A DNA stretch of 63,950 bases, filler included, from Bacteriovoracaceae bacterium (GCA_018649885.1; 5 parts of 5 records of this genome joined end to end with filler, not necessarily neighbours in it), one strand, 5' to 3'. Numbered from the whole stretch's first letter, positions 48,494 through 60,400 are shown. Translations and numbers: made by a program. The notes: generated by a model not told the origin, from the sequence alone.

Positions 48494-49270
48494 GTGTATA
48501 AATTAATGCTTTTGACCTTTTTATTAGTGGCGTCCTCAGCCTTTGGAAATGCGGCCCAAAAGGGATACAAAATAGCCAATGAAATGCAGCTTAAAAATGA
48601 TGGGTATAAGGGTGAAGATACCGATATGGAAATGATCCTTATTGATGCACATGGGGCCCGCACTACTAGAAGGATGCTGGGAAAGTCAATGGAGGTAGAC
48701 AGCGATGGAGACCGTTCACTGATTAACTTTGTTAAGCCCGCAGATGTGAAAGGGACCAAAATGCTAACTTGGACCCACCAGAAAAAAGACAATGACCAAT
48801 GGCTTTATATGCCTTCTCTCAAAAGGGTGAAAAGAATTAGTAGCTCCAATAAATCAGCGAGTTTCATGGGAAGTGAGTTTTCTTTTGAAGACCTGGGAAG
48901 TCAAGAAGTGGACAAGTATAATTTTAAATGGATTCGCGATGAAAAAGATGCCAAAAATGGTCATCTCCATGTTTTAGAAAGAACTCCTAAGGACAAAGGC
49001 AGCGGATATAGCAAAATGGTTGTCTGGATGGCAAAAAACTATAATGGTCCAGTAAAGATGGAATATTACGATAGAAGAGGCGAGCTTTTAAAAGTGGCCA
49101 ATTTTACAGATTATAAATCTCACGGCGTTGATGGTGTTGCATTTTGGAGACCAAATCGCATTGAGATGAAAAATATTCAAACCCAAAAGCAATCTATTAT
49201 GACTTGGAAGGCGAGAAAGTTGGGTGTGAAGTTTAAAAAGAGAGCTTTCGATAAAAGATCTCTCAAGTAA
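48494..49270 (+). CDS. Outer membrane lipoprotein-sorting (LolA-like) protein
   Basis: PADVKGT, QWLYMPSLKRVKRI and FMGSEFSFED motifs. Confidence 0.88.
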   Translation: MYKLMLLTFLLVASSAFGNAAQKGYKIANEMQLKNDGYKGEDTDMEMILIDAHGARTTRRMLGKSMEVDSDGDRSLINFVKPADVKGTKMLTWTHQKKDNDQWLYMPSLKRVKRISSSNKSASFMGSEFSFEDLGSQEVDKYNFKWIRDEKDAKNGHLHVLERTPKDKGSGYSKMVVWMAKNYNGPVKMEYYDRRGELLKVANFTDYKSHGVDGVAFWRPNRIEMKNIQTQKQSIMTWKARKLGVKFKKRAFDKRSLK

Positions 49271-49286
49271 CGAAGTAGACTAAACC

Positions 49287-50573
49287 ATGGCATATTTTTT
49301 TCTACCTTTAATTTTGTTTTTTCAGTTGGGAGCAACTTGTTTTGCGGCCATTGATGGTAGGGGCGAGATTGCTATTGAGACTCGCTACTTCGAAGACGAC
49401 CAAAATACAAAAACCATGGATAAGTCTGGCGCCATTTTTTCAAGGGTCGACAGCACCCTTACGCTTGAAACTTATCCTAACTTCGAAGGCAAATTTAGAG
49501 GTTTTGCTCGAGTTGATAGAGAAGATGAGCATCGAAATGTTGTTAAGTTTGAAGATTTTTACCTTGGCTACTTATTTGAAGAGCCAGATATTACCATAAA
49601 GCTTGGCTGGCATATGTTTAACTGGACGGCAACAGAGGCCTTTCATCCAGCAGATGTAATCAATTCTAGAAATCTCGACAGCAATCTAGAGACACCTGAA
49701 AAATTTGGAGAAATGGGTCTTACTGTTACCAAAAACTTTGAAGTGGCTTCACTTTCTTTTTTCTTTTTTCCTCACTATGAAGATCCAATGGTGCCAGCAT
49801 TCAGTTCTCGTTTTGGCGCTGGATACAATATTCATGATGCTCGTTGGGTCGAATTTGATGGAACTCAAAGTGCAGATAGCTGGGGGATTCAAGGTGGAAT
49901 GAGATTTACTACCACTATTGGAGACGCTGATATTTCACTCCATGGCCTGCATATGATGGATCGTCATCATCCACTCATTTTACTAGATGAAAGCGCTAAT
50001 CTCTCTCCTTACTATTTTAAGGTCAATCAGTTTGGCGGCACTATGTCTTATGTACTCTTTGAGGGGATGATTTATAAATTTGAGGGTGCTTATAAAGATT
50101 TTACCAATAAACAAGTTACTGGTTTTACTCTTTCCCATCCACTTCTTGCTGAGGGAATTCAGGTTGTGGGTAGGAGTAAAGATCATGGGCAACTCGCCAA
50201 TGGTTTGGAAAAATCTTTTCTGATTTTTAATTCCTATGATTTCACCCTGATTTTAGAGCACCAAATTTATCTTGGAATTAACCCAGCGACGAGAGCAGGA
50301 CTTGGAATTTTTCAAAATGATGTACTTCTTGGTGGAAGGCTGGCATTTAACGATGCTATGGGTAAAGAGATGCTGCTGCTTTTAATTGCCGATGTAGAAA
50401 GAAGCCAAGAGATTTACTTTAATTTTAAATATGCTCAAAGACTTACTGATACCTGGAGTATCAATGGGGGAATTAGATTATTTCATGCTCCCAAAAAAGA
50501 GGCGACAATAAAGGGCATGCAGCTTTTAAACGACTCCGACCATATTTTTGCAACACTTACTCGTTTTTTCTAA
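49287..50573 (+). CDS. Probable outer membrane beta-barrel protein
   Basis: Signal peptide, alternating beta pattern, C-terminal Phe; operon context. Confidence 0.75.
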   Translation: MAYFFLPLILFFQLGATCFAAIDGRGEIAIETRYFEDDQNTKTMDKSGAIFSRVDSTLTLETYPNFEGKFRGFARVDREDEHRNVVKFEDFYLGYLFEEPDITIKLGWHMFNWTATEAFHPADVINSRNLDSNLETPEKFGEMGLTVTKNFEVASLSFFFFPHYEDPMVPAFSSRFGAGYNIHDARWVEFDGTQSADSWGIQGGMRFTTTIGDADISLHGLHMMDRHHPLILLDESANLSPYYFKVNQFGGTMSYVLFEGMIYKFEGAYKDFTNKQVTGFTLSHPLLAEGIQVVGRSKDHGQLANGLEKSFLIFNSYDFTLILEHQIYLGINPATRAGLGIFQNDVLLGGRLAFNDAMGKEMLLLLIADVERSQEIYFNFKYAQRLTDTWSINGGIRLFHAPKKEATIKGMQLLNDSDHIFATLTRFF

Positions 50574-50588
50574 AATCGGGATACCACA

Positions 50589-52916
50589 TTGAAAAAACTA
50601 ACTAAAAATATTCAAGATTTTCTCATTGCTCATCCCTTGCGGTGCTTGTTCTTTTCGGCGGTGATAGGGCTTTTCTTGATGGCAGGTCTGATTCATTTCA
50701 AGGAGGAGTATGATGTCAGAATTTGGTTTCGCACAACAGACCCTAATTTAAAAAAACTCGATCAATTTGAAAAACAATTTGGAAGTGATGAGGGGCTGAT
50801 TACAGTTTTACACCACCCTGATGGAATTTTTCAAAAAGGTATCATCTCCGATATCAAAAAGCTGACCACCGATTTATACCAAGTTCAAAATGTCATTAGA
50901 GTTGAGTCTCTCACAAATTTTATGGACTCTAAGGCCTTAGGTGATGACATTATTGTGGAGCCCTTCATCCCCGCTGGTTTTGATTACGCGGAAAGTAGCT
51001 TAAAGAAAAAAGAGCTGGAGGCAAGATCCCACAATATTATGTCTGGGTATCTGATTAATAAGGAGGGGACTACTGCGGTGGTGCTTGCTAGGCTGAAGCC
51101 AAGACTTGGCGGAATCAACCCCGACTATAGTGGTATCGATCGTGCCCACAAAGAAATCCTCTCACGTATTGATACATCAAACGGGTTGGTTACCCATGTC
51201 ACTGGCTCAGCTGCTATTAATAATTCCTTTCAAGAGGTGAGTGCAAAAGACTTGCAGTTGATGATTCCCATCGTTAATGGCCTGATTATTTTAATACTTT
51301 TATTTATCTTTCGAAGTATCAAAAGCATGCTAATTCCGCTGGCCATGATTGGGGTGGCGATTTTTTCTACATTGGGGTTTATGTCCTGGTCTGGGATATT
51401 TTACAATGAGATGATCTCGGCCGTGCCGGGCATTCTCATCGCCATTTGTATTGCTGACTCTGTTCATTTAATGGTTACCTTCTTTCAAGGCAGACAATCA
51501 GGTTTGGACCGTTTTGAGTCCGCTAGGTTCACCATTGATAAAAACCTAAGACCAACATTTTTAACATCTGTCACTACGAGTCTAGGCTTTATGAGCCTTG
51601 CTACTACTGACCTCAATCCCATTAAACATATGGGAATATTGGCATCCTTTGGAACAATGCTAGCTTGGACTTTAACATTTACAATCGTTGTTCCCCTATT
51701 GGTTTTGATTCCACTAAAAGTGCCACCTGTTAGGAAGAAAGAGGTGGGCCTTCAAACAGTTTCTCCTAATTATTACAAACTCGTGGACTTTATTCACAAA
51801 TATGCTCTTGTGATTATTTTTATTTTTATCTCCAGCTCTGGAACATTTGCATATTTGGCTTTTCAAAATGAAGTGAATTCCAATCCCTTTGAATATTTTA
51901 AGGAACATCATCATCTCTACAAGGCCAACAAATTTCATATTAAAGAGTTTGGTGGCACCAGCGGTCCTGAAGTTGTACTTGAATCTGGTAAACCAGATGG
52001 TATAAAGGAGCCTGCGTTTTTAAAAAAAGTTGAAACTCTCAATACTTGGCTTTTATCAAAAGACCATATTCCAAAATCTGTCAGCATCCTCGATATTATT
52101 AAGAGCATGAATCAGTCCCTTCACGAAGGAGACCCTGCTTTTTACACTATCCCACCATCCAGTAAGGCCGTAGCTGAAGTGCTCTTCTTATATACCATGG
52201 GACTTCCACAGGGAATGGATCTCAATAACCGCATGACACTTGATAATGAGAAAATGAGAATGACATTAATGTGGAAAACTCAAGATTCTAGAACTTATGT
52301 CAAACAAGTTGCGAGAGTTAATCAAAAAATCATTGATCTTGGTCTGAGAGGTGAGGTCAATGGAAAAATGCCTCTTTATCAAAAGATGAATGGCTATGTG
52401 GTGGATACTTTTGTGAAGTCTATGGGGCTTGCTATCTTTCTTATTACCGTTCTTATGAGCCTTGTTTTTAAATCCATTAAAATGGGGATTCTTTCAATGT
52501 TTCCAAATATCATGCCACTTACTTATGGAATGGGGGTGATGTTTTTACTAGGAGTTCCAGTGGATCTCGGTACATCTCTTGTGACAAGCGTGTGTCTTGG
52601 AATTGCGGTGGATGATACAATCCATTTTCTCAATGCCTATACGAAATCGCGAAATAGTGGTCAAAGTGTTAGAGATTCACTGGCCCATTTATTTCAATTC
52701 ACAGGCCCTGCACTTGTTATCACAACAGTTATTTTAGTTTTAGGGTTTGGCATCTTCGTCATAGGAGACTTTATGCCCAATGTTCACTTTGGTGCTCTAA
52801 CGGCGATTGGTCTTTCTATGGCCTTATTAATTGATCTAATCTTTTTACCAGCACTTCTAATTACCATGGAAAGATTCACTTGGTTTAAAAAACGAAGTGT
52901 AGAGAAGGCGGTATAA
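50589..52916 (+). CDS. MMPL/RND family transporter
   Basis: Two TM repeats with IADSVH and GIAVDDTIH motifs. Confidence 0.92.
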   Translation: MKKLTKNIQDFLIAHPLRCLFFSAVIGLFLMAGLIHFKEEYDVRIWFRTTDPNLKKLDQFEKQFGSDEGLITVLHHPDGIFQKGIISDIKKLTTDLYQVQNVIRVESLTNFMDSKALGDDIIVEPFIPAGFDYAESSLKKKELEARSHNIMSGYLINKEGTTAVVLARLKPRLGGINPDYSGIDRAHKEILSRIDTSNGLVTHVTGSAAINNSFQEVSAKDLQLMIPIVNGLIILILLFIFRSIKSMLIPLAMIGVAIFSTLGFMSWSGIFYNEMISAVPGILIAICIADSVHLMVTFFQGRQSGLDRFESARFTIDKNLRPTFLTSVTTSLGFMSLATTDLNPIKHMGILASFGTMLAWTLTFTIVVPLLVLIPLKVPPVRKKEVGLQTVSPNYYKLVDFIHKYALVIIFIFISSSGTFAYLAFQNEVNSNPFEYFKEHHHLYKANKFHIKEFGGTSGPEVVLESGKPDGIKEPAFLKKVETLNTWLLSKDHIPKSVSILDIIKSMNQSLHEGDPAFYTIPPSSKAVAEVLFLYTMGLPQGMDLNNRMTLDNEKMRMTLMWKTQDSRTYVKQVARVNQKIIDLGLRGEVNGKMPLYQKMNGYVVDTFVKSMGLAIFLITVLMSLVFKSIKMGILSMFPNIMPLTYGMGVMFLLGVPVDLGTSLVTSVCLGIAVDDTIHFLNAYTKSRNSGQSVRDSLAHLFQFTGPALVITTVILVLGFGIFVIGDFMPNVHFGALTAIGLSMALLIDLIFLPALLITMERFTWFKKRSVEKAV

Positions 52917-52921
52917 TCACC

Positions 52922-53410
52922 ATGGCCATGGGATCAACTCACGACAAGGTAAGTATCTTTTTTCTGGTGATCATTTTGGCCACTGGAGTTATAGGTTATC
53001 AAATGAGCTCACCAGCATTGTACGGTGCATGTGTGGGCTGGTTTTTTGCCACCTACTTGATTTCTCCAGATTTAGACCTAGGACCTAAGAAAAGGGCCTC
53101 CGTTCTTAGACCTTTTCTCTACCCCTACTCAATGTTTTTTAAACACAGGGGAGTCTCTCACCATTTTTTTCTGGGAACAATTTCTAGGATAGTTTACTTA
53201 CTTGCCATGGCACTTTTGATTATTTTTTGCCTGCATAAAATGGGTTATACAAGTTTTAGCACAACCCATTATCTGAACTTCCTTACAAATCTATTTCATG
53301 GCTATACTTACAGCGTACCTGAATATCAATTTTTGACTTGGACAGTAATTGGGATGTTTCTAAGTGATCTGGTTCACATTCTACTTGATAAAGTTTCTTC
53401 GTTTTTTTAA
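52922..53410 (+). CDS. DUF2227 family putative metal-binding membrane protein
   Basis: GSTHD, SPDLD, PY...HRGVSH and HILLD motifs. Confidence 0.85.
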   Translation: MAMGSTHDKVSIFFLVIILATGVIGYQMSSPALYGACVGWFFATYLISPDLDLGPKKRASVLRPFLYPYSMFFKHRGVSHHFFLGTISRIVYLLAMALLIIFCLHKMGYTSFSTTHYLNFLTNLFHGYTYSVPEYQFLTWTVIGMFLSDLVHILLDKVSSFF

Positions 53411-53413
53411 CTC

Positions 53414-53950
53414 TCAGCTGTGAAGCTCAAAGAGATAGAGTGCTGCCACAATTAGGGAGTGTTTTATTTCTCCTGATTTAATTAGTCCTTTAATTTCAGA
53501 AATAGGGTAGGTGACTACTTCAATTTCTTCTAAGTGATCGAGGTTTTGGGCCGAGACTTTTTTGCACCCAGTGGCCAGATAGGTGGTAATGATATTACTC
53601 ATGAATGCTGGGTTGGGAAAAAGTGGTCCTAGCTCTGTTACACAATCTGCACGGTAGCCAGTTTCCTCTTGAAGCTCTCTGATTAGTGCAAGCTTGTGGT
53701 CGTCCTCACCCAGGTCAACAGCTCCTCCAGGAATCTCTAAGGTCACTAGGTCATTACCCACACGGTATTGCCGCACTAGTATAATTTCCTGATCATCGGT
53801 GATGGCCACAACGTTGACCCAGTCGGCAAAGTTGAGTACATCAAAATCGCCTATCTTGCCACTATCAGGGCTTTTCGCCTTTTTCTTCAAGTAGGTAAAA
53901 ATTTTTCCCTTAGTCACTTCTGTTTCGCCAAGGGTCTCCCACTTATCCAT
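53414..53950 (-). CDS. NUDIX hydrolase (ADP-ribose pyrophosphatase-like)
   Basis: LVRQYR and EIPGG...RELQEETGY Nudix box; GGAG RBS before ATG 53950. Confidence 0.9.
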   Translation of the reverse strand: MDKWETLGETEVTKGKIFTYLKKKAKSPDSGKIGDFDVLNFADWVNVVAITDDQEIILVRQYRVGNDLVTLEIPGGAVDLGEDDHKLALIRELQEETGYRADCVTELGPLFPNPAFMSNIITTYLATGCKKVSAQNLDHLEEIEVVTYPISEIKGLIKSGEIKHSLIVAALYLFELHS

Positions 53951-54031
53951 ATAAACTCCAGCTGTGGCCATTTTTCTTGCCACATTCTACCCATTTGTTT
54001 ATTTTATGTCCTTAATTTAAAGAGTACTTTT

Positions 54032-54107
54032 GGGGGTATAGCTCAGTTGGGAGAGCGTTTCGCTGGCAGCGAAAAGGTCGCAGGTTCGATCCCTGTTACC
54101 TCCACCA
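54032..54107 (+). tRNA. tRNA-Ala(GGC)
   Basis: 76-nt cloverleaf, G3:U70 pair, anticodon arm TTTCG-CTGGCAG-CGAAA, GTTCGA T-loop, encoded CCA. Confidence 0.97.
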
Positions 54108-54431
54108 TATTACGGGATAAAAAAAGCAAAATTCAGAGTGTGACTTGTTAAGACATTGATTTAATAAACTTAATGGATTCAAACAGTTACTTCCGATTCT
54201 TCAGTTTAAAATTTCACAGCATTTCTATTAATTTCTCCGATTGGCTACTTGTGGCTACTTACGTGGCTACCTGATTAGCAGGCACTTTTTCCAATTTTTA
54301 ATTAGCATCATCTAAGTCGTAATCCATTTAAATCATTATTAATTTTTGTTGGCGTAGCGCTAGCAGTAATTGCTAATCCGAAGCCAGTGTCGTGCTGGCC
54401 CAAATTAGAACTTTTTAAAATGGAGATTATT

Positions 54432-55073
54432 ATGGAAAAACAAAATTTAAGAAGATCACAAAAGAAGGTGATCACAAATGAAGTCACAGCTCTTAAGAAG
54501 ATGAGAGAATTAAGGGGCCTAAGTAGAAAAGATGCAGCTCCTCTTGTTGGAGTTACCTTTAAACTAATTGAACAACTCGAAAATGGAAGGGTTGAACTTA
54601 CAAAACGTAAAATTGTTCAGTACTGCTCCGCCTATGGTTTTTCTCAAAAGCAATATAGAGACATTTGTGAAGGTAAAATTGGAAAAATCCAGAAAGAGAT
54701 TTGTAAGGTTCGAACTAAGATCATTGAAAAAAACGCTCTTAGAAGAAGTTATAAGAAGATATTTACAAAAGAGGCTAAAGTCCTTCAGGTTTTAAGACGG
54801 ATAAAAAAATTAACTCAGGACAAGGCCAGCTCTTATTGTGGTTACAGCAGGGCGACAATTGGCCACATTGAGAATGGCAGAATTGAGCTATCTCTAGTTA
54901 GGATTCGTCATATTGTAGGGTCTTATGGGTTCACAATGAAAGATTTTGAATATCACATAAAATCTGACGTATTTGTCACTGATATTCAAGATGATTGTAT
55001 TTCTATTATCAAAAACCTGAGTGAAGAAAAACTTAAGGCCGTTTACCCATTATTATCAACATTTAAAAACTAA
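54432..55073 (+). CDS. Tandem XRE-family helix-turn-helix regulator
   Basis: Two Cro/C1 HTH domains (LSRKDAA...QLENGR; LTQDKAS...HIENGR). Confidence 0.88.
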   Translation: MEKQNLRRSQKKVITNEVTALKKMRELRGLSRKDAAPLVGVTFKLIEQLENGRVELTKRKIVQYCSAYGFSQKQYRDICEGKIGKIQKEICKVRTKIIEKNALRRSYKKIFTKEAKVLQVLRRIKKLTQDKASSYCGYSRATIGHIENGRIELSLVRIRHIVGSYGFTMKDFEYHIKSDVFVTDIQDDCISIIKNLSEEKLKAVYPLLSTFKN

Positions 55074-55089
55074 CAGTAAGGAATTACCA

Positions 55090-55455
55090 ATGAAAACTAT
55101 AAATGAATCAAAATCAAAAAATAAATCAGATAACTACTCTTCGCTTAGAGTAAAACTGGCCACAAAAAATAATGCGATGAAAATTCTAGAAAATGTTAAC
55201 AAGAAAGATTTTGGAATGAAGGTTTCCATGGATGAACTCATAAACTTGTCTCTCAAAAATGTGACAAAAGATGATATTGAGTTGTTACAAAAAAAATCAC
55301 TTCGAAATAAAGATCGTCAGAACATAGTTAGACAAATTTACTGTAGAAAAGTGAAAAAAGTCACAGAAGATGAGTTTATTGGGGTGACTATGAAAGATGG
55401 TTACTTTCAGTTTCTCAAAGAGAATATGATTGAATTAGAAAAATTGGGAATTTAA
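55090..55455 (+). CDS. Hypothetical small basic protein
   Basis: AAGGA RBS before ATG 55090; probably co-transcribed with the HTH gene. Confidence 0.7.
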   Translation: MKTINESKSKNKSDNYSSLRVKLATKNNAMKILENVNKKDFGMKVSMDELINLSLKNVTKDDIELLQKKSLRNKDRQNIVRQIYCRKVKKVTEDEFIGVTMKDGYFQFLKENMIELEKLGI

Positions 55456-55689
55456 GAGGATTTTATGACAAAATGTGAAGACAATTATAATTAAATTCAA
55501 GGATGAATGTCACTGGCTAGGAAGGCCGTTTATTACTGACCATATTTGCTCTTTTATATTGTCTAAACTTCTTCTTGAGACAATAATATGGTGAAAAGGG
55601 CTAGCCAGTTAACTTGTGGCTCCTGTTAGGTGATTATACGCACTCAAGAGCTATGAGTGGAAAAGATTATCTTAAAGTGATAGGAAAAT

Positions 55690-56553
55690 ATGAAAAGCGC
55701 TAATATGAGAGAATTACCTACATATAGAAAATCATATTTGACGATGCTGGGTGTTTTCCTCTTGTCAGTAGTGGCCATTCATTTTATGCATGTGCACGTT
55801 TTTTCAATTAATAAATATTTTGGAATTTGGAAAATATTTTCAATCACTCAATTTGTAGAAGTGCTTCTTTTTTCTAATTTAACTGTATTGGGGATGATTT
55901 TTTATATTATGGGTTTTTATCCTTGGAAGTTAAATCAATTGAGAAATGGTCTGAAAAATGAAAAACTCTTAAAAAGAGTTGGATATGAGCTTATTCTAGG
56001 ATGCAATCTTGATTATATATTAATTGGCACCGCCTCTTTAGGGTTTGGGTTTTATATTAGAGGAGAAAATGGCTCATTTTCCGAGTTTCGGTTACTTATT
56101 TATTTTTTGATATGGATTCTAAGCATTATCTATATGTATCGCAGTAAAGGAATAAGAGAAGTTAGGGAGCTTGATGAAAAAGGAAAAATTATTTTTGATG
56201 AACATATAGAAAAAACAAAAATTAATCCAGAAAATATTGACGATACTGGTGATCGTTACAAGAAGGCCTTTAGATTGTTTGATCTTGTTTTAAAAAGAGA
56301 AAATATTTTCTCATTGAAAAATATTGACTATAAATTACTAGAGGAAAAGTATCCTGATGATATTTCAAAAATATTAGAGCTATTAAATAAAGATGTGAAG
56401 CAAGATTTAAGTGTTTTTTTATTTGGATTATCACTTTTTCAAAAAACTAATATATTGAGACATTTTCGTCCACTTGAAGGACAAAATGTTGGGATATTGA
56501 TAAGTATTTTTGTTTGTATGATTATTTTTATATTTTCACATATATTTTTTTAA
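55690..56553 (+). CDS. Hypothetical membrane protein
   Basis: AT-rich 287-aa ORF with about 5 TM segments. Confidence 0.7.
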   Translation: MKSANMRELPTYRKSYLTMLGVFLLSVVAIHFMHVHVFSINKYFGIWKIFSITQFVEVLLFSNLTVLGMIFYIMGFYPWKLNQLRNGLKNEKLLKRVGYELILGCNLDYILIGTASLGFGFYIRGENGSFSEFRLLIYFLIWILSIIYMYRSKGIREVRELDEKGKIIFDEHIEKTKINPENIDDTGDRYKKAFRLFDLVLKRENIFSLKNIDYKLLEEKYPDDISKILELLNKDVKQDLSVFLFGLSLFQKTNILRHFRPLEGQNVGILISIFVCMIIFIFSHIFF

Positions 56554-56921
56554 ATAAAATCAATGATATGTCACTAAGGAAATCAAACAATTAATCTTCT
56601 TTGGTTGTGCTTATCAACAAGTAATAAACTACTCAAATGTCACATAAGAAATGTATCACTGGATTCAATCAAATCCAAAATAGGAAGCTTACTATTTTTC
56701 AGGTTTTCTAAACTCAAGGTATATACTAAGGAGATTTTAATGACTTGACCGCATTTGTTACAGGTACGGATAATTGGTACGGATAATTGGCCAGTTTGTT
56801 GTCACTAGGTGGAATACAAGACAATTTAACTGATTTTAAGTTATTGAATTTAGGCTTAACATTTGGCTCATATTTTGCTTATTTAGTAGGTGTAAATCAT
56901 ATCTGAACTTTGGAGAGTACC

Positions 56922-57407
56922 ATGAATTCAATTGCATCATCACTAGAGGGTTTCGGGAAATCTATTTCGAGTGGAATTGGCTCAGCAAGTGATTTTTGTG
57001 TTGAATCTTATGAGAGCTTTAAAAGTCAGATTACATCATATTTTAAAAGTAATGAATATGAAGATGATTTAGATTCAATAATAAAGGCCTTATACTCTCA
57101 TACAAATAAAATGCCTGATTTTAAATTTTCAGATGATTATAAAGAAAGGGTTAGGCAGAAAAGAGACTTTCTTACTGGCCAGGCCGCCAAGTTAGTTTTA
57201 GCAGGAGCTTTGAGTGGTACTTGGGCAGCAATAAAGAGTGGAAACTTTGTAAATATTGGAGAATATACTATCGTGGGAGCAGGAGGAGCGGTCCTGATTG
57301 TTGTCGTTACTGTCGCAGGAATTGTAGTAAAAAGAGTCTTGAATGGTGCTGAAATGAGTTATTCAAAAACATCTAAAGAAGTTAAAGTTTTTTCTTCTAA
57401 TTTCTAA
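56922..57407 (+). CDS. Hypothetical protein with a C-terminal hydrophobic hairpin
   Basis: GGAG RBS before ATG 56922. Confidence 0.7.
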   Translation: MNSIASSLEGFGKSISSGIGSASDFCVESYESFKSQITSYFKSNEYEDDLDSIIKALYSHTNKMPDFKFSDDYKERVRQKRDFLTGQAAKLVLAGALSGTWAAIKSGNFVNIGEYTIVGAGGAVLIVVVTVAGIVVKRVLNGAEMSYSKTSKEVKVFSSNF

Positions 57408-57432
57408 ATGTAAATTAATTGTCTCTAATTGC

Positions 57433-60400
57433 TCAAGTGTCAGCCTCGCTTTCGTCATCGTCAGGCGTTATAGGAATGGCAACAACTGAATATTTCTCAG
57501 CATCAATGAATCCTTTTTGAAATGCTCTGTACCATAGATTTTTAGATGTTAGATCTCTTCTATTTTCTTCAGGGTATTCTAGAAGCCATTTAGGGTTTTG
57601 ACTTAGAATTTTTTCAGCTAGCTCATTGTCTGTTAGAGGGTCTTTTATTTCAATAAATACACCTGTGTTGCCAATTCTATTAGAAAGTCCAAAAGGTTTC
57701 GGCTCAAATGATAGGGATAATCTAGTGCGGTCTAAAATCATAATATTTTTTTCTAGTTTTTTGTTTCTAAGGAAAACTTGATATACAGGAACTTGCACCT
57801 CTCCAACCACTATAAACCCATCAGCTTTTGAGAAAATCTCATCTTTTACACTTTCTTGATAAGAAAATTTAAAATTTTCAGATTTGCTTAATAGGTTTCG
57901 TGTATATAAATCACGAGGTGTTACTATTATCAAGTTTTCTAACTTATTTCCTTTCTCAATAACCTTTTTAATTGCATCTTCAATACTAACTTCACTCATT
58001 GTAACTTGTTCTTGATTGTCTAATTCATTTATAGATATGGAGACTCCCTCTAATAGAGTGTAGACAAATTCATCATCATTGTTTGCCATATCTGTTGCAA
58101 AGCTATCTGAACCCGCGGGGTAGCTTTCACCTTCTAAATAAGAATCTCTAGGTATATTTGTATTAATTCCCCAGTCCTTTCCAATGTTTTTGTTTTCATC
58201 TACAATTGAAGTTGTTAAAAGTGGTCGAATCCTAAGGTTTTCATTAAAAGCTGTTTCAAACTTCAAGAAGTCCTCTTTGATTAAATCAGGAGAAAGAGGT
58301 GTTTTACACATTTTTAAAGATGTTCTCAAGTCTGCTTCATTTATAACTTTATCTAAAAAAGACTCAAATAAAATTTTTGTTTCATTTGTTAAAGATTGTA
58401 AACCTAGGTCATTCAGCAGATCATTACTAGACGTTAGGTCTTTTCTAAATCCTATTTCTTTATTAAAAACAATAACATCATTCTTAGTATACTCTGAACT
58501 ATCAATCGTTTCAGGAGAACCTTCATTAATCCAGCAATTAATAATAATTGAACCTACAACTTTGTCGATTATGGAGGGAAGAACCATTGTTTTTGCATGA
58601 TTTTCAGGCATTTTCTCTATAAAACCTAATCCCCACTTATCTGTGATTTCTCTCTTATTAGAACGTATTAGAAAGTTTAGTGCTTCTTTCAAGTCAAAGT
58701 TTAAATAATTGAACAAAAGGGAGAAGTGCCCAAGGAGACTTTGTTTTGATTCTCCTTTAAAATCAATTCTGGCATCATCGTGGCCAAGTAATATTATATA
58801 CGCGAGGAGCGAAATACTAATTTCGTATTTTGAAATTTTTATATAATCTTTAATATCGACCTTACTTTGTAGCTTCGCAAGTTCTTTTACAAGGGATTCA
58901 TTGTCACCATGATGTTGAATTAGTATTTTTTGTGTTTTGATTTCTTCTCTAAGAAATTGATGTTTAAATGCCTTCACTTCTCTGAAGGTATCTATAATAT
59001 ATTGAAATAGTTGCTCGTCATCTTCTTCAAGGGAGAAACAGGCTATAGCTGCAATCCCTTGGAGAACAATATTAAAATATTGTTTTCTTTCAGCCAATTC
59101 ATCTGGTGAGGAAAGGAAATGTTCAAGATCAGGAATAATATAATGCTTTAGAAGTGAGTCAAAGTTACTTAAAGTTTTATCTCGATTATTTCTCACTTGA
59201 AGGGTTTTCAGGAGAATTATTAAGTTTGTTGATTTTGAAAATAGTAACAAGTCCTTTTTGTTATACGCTAGAAGAGCAAGGCGATATGGCAGAATCGTAA
59301 CTTCTTTTGAGAGCCTATAGTCTTCATAGGATTTATTTTCAAAGATATATGTAATTAAATCATTTATGTTTTCAATCAAGCCTTCAAGAGAAACCCATCC
59401 TTGCTGTCTTGAAAAAATATTCCAATTTTCATTGTTTATTGATTTTCGGTCATAATATTTTACTTCAAAGTAGTTGAAGCATTCAATCGTAGTTTTAGCA
59501 ATGTAATAGTAAATAGACGTTAAGTTTTTTACTAAATAAGTATTTTTTTCATTTATTGCATATCTTCCAGTAAACATGGAAAATTCTAAAAATTGTGATA
59601 TTTGATCAGTTGCTTCTTTTGACTCTGTATTTGAGATTATATTGAAACATTGGATAATTCTTTTACTAAGGTTTGAGATCTTATTTTCATCGATGTTACC
59701 TTCAAAATAGATTCTGGCAAGAATGTTGTTTGTTTCATCTAACTCTTGACCCGGAAATGAGTAAACTCGAATTATAATATTTTGTTTTTTTCTTTCAGTC
59801 GTTCCTTCTGGAGGGTTGTGCTGATTGCCGTCTGATTCCGTTTCTGAAATTAAAAATTCGTTATAGATTGACTTAATTGTAATCCAGTTAATTGATTCAA
59901 TAATCCCTGTTCTTTTAGAAACTACATCATAGTTTTTTGGTTTTTCGCCATGATAGCCAACTTCAAATACAGGGGCGAAGCTACTAAATTTCTCATAGGA
60001 TTGTTTATGATTTACTCTTGAGTTGATAATCTCGAATATAGAAGAATAAATTTTATGCTTGACTAGTATTTGCTCTGATCTTTTCCAAATTTCCGGTTTG
60101 AAAAAAACTTCTAAGACTTTAAAGAGAATAAATGCTGTTAGGGTTAATGATAATAATGCAAGTAACGCAAGCATATTTGTAGGCACGCCTGTAATGTTAT
60201 AAATTAAAAAGAAAATAAGTGAAATACTTATCGGATAAGCAAAAGCATGTCTAAGAAGTACTTCTGAGTTTGAAAACAATCCCTTTTCGTTAGAACTTTT
60301 GGTATCTATTATTAAGATTAGGAGTGGGAAAATAATCCCTGTAGATGTGACTATTAATTCTAGATTTTTCTGAGTTCTGAAATCGATTGCGAAAGATAGA

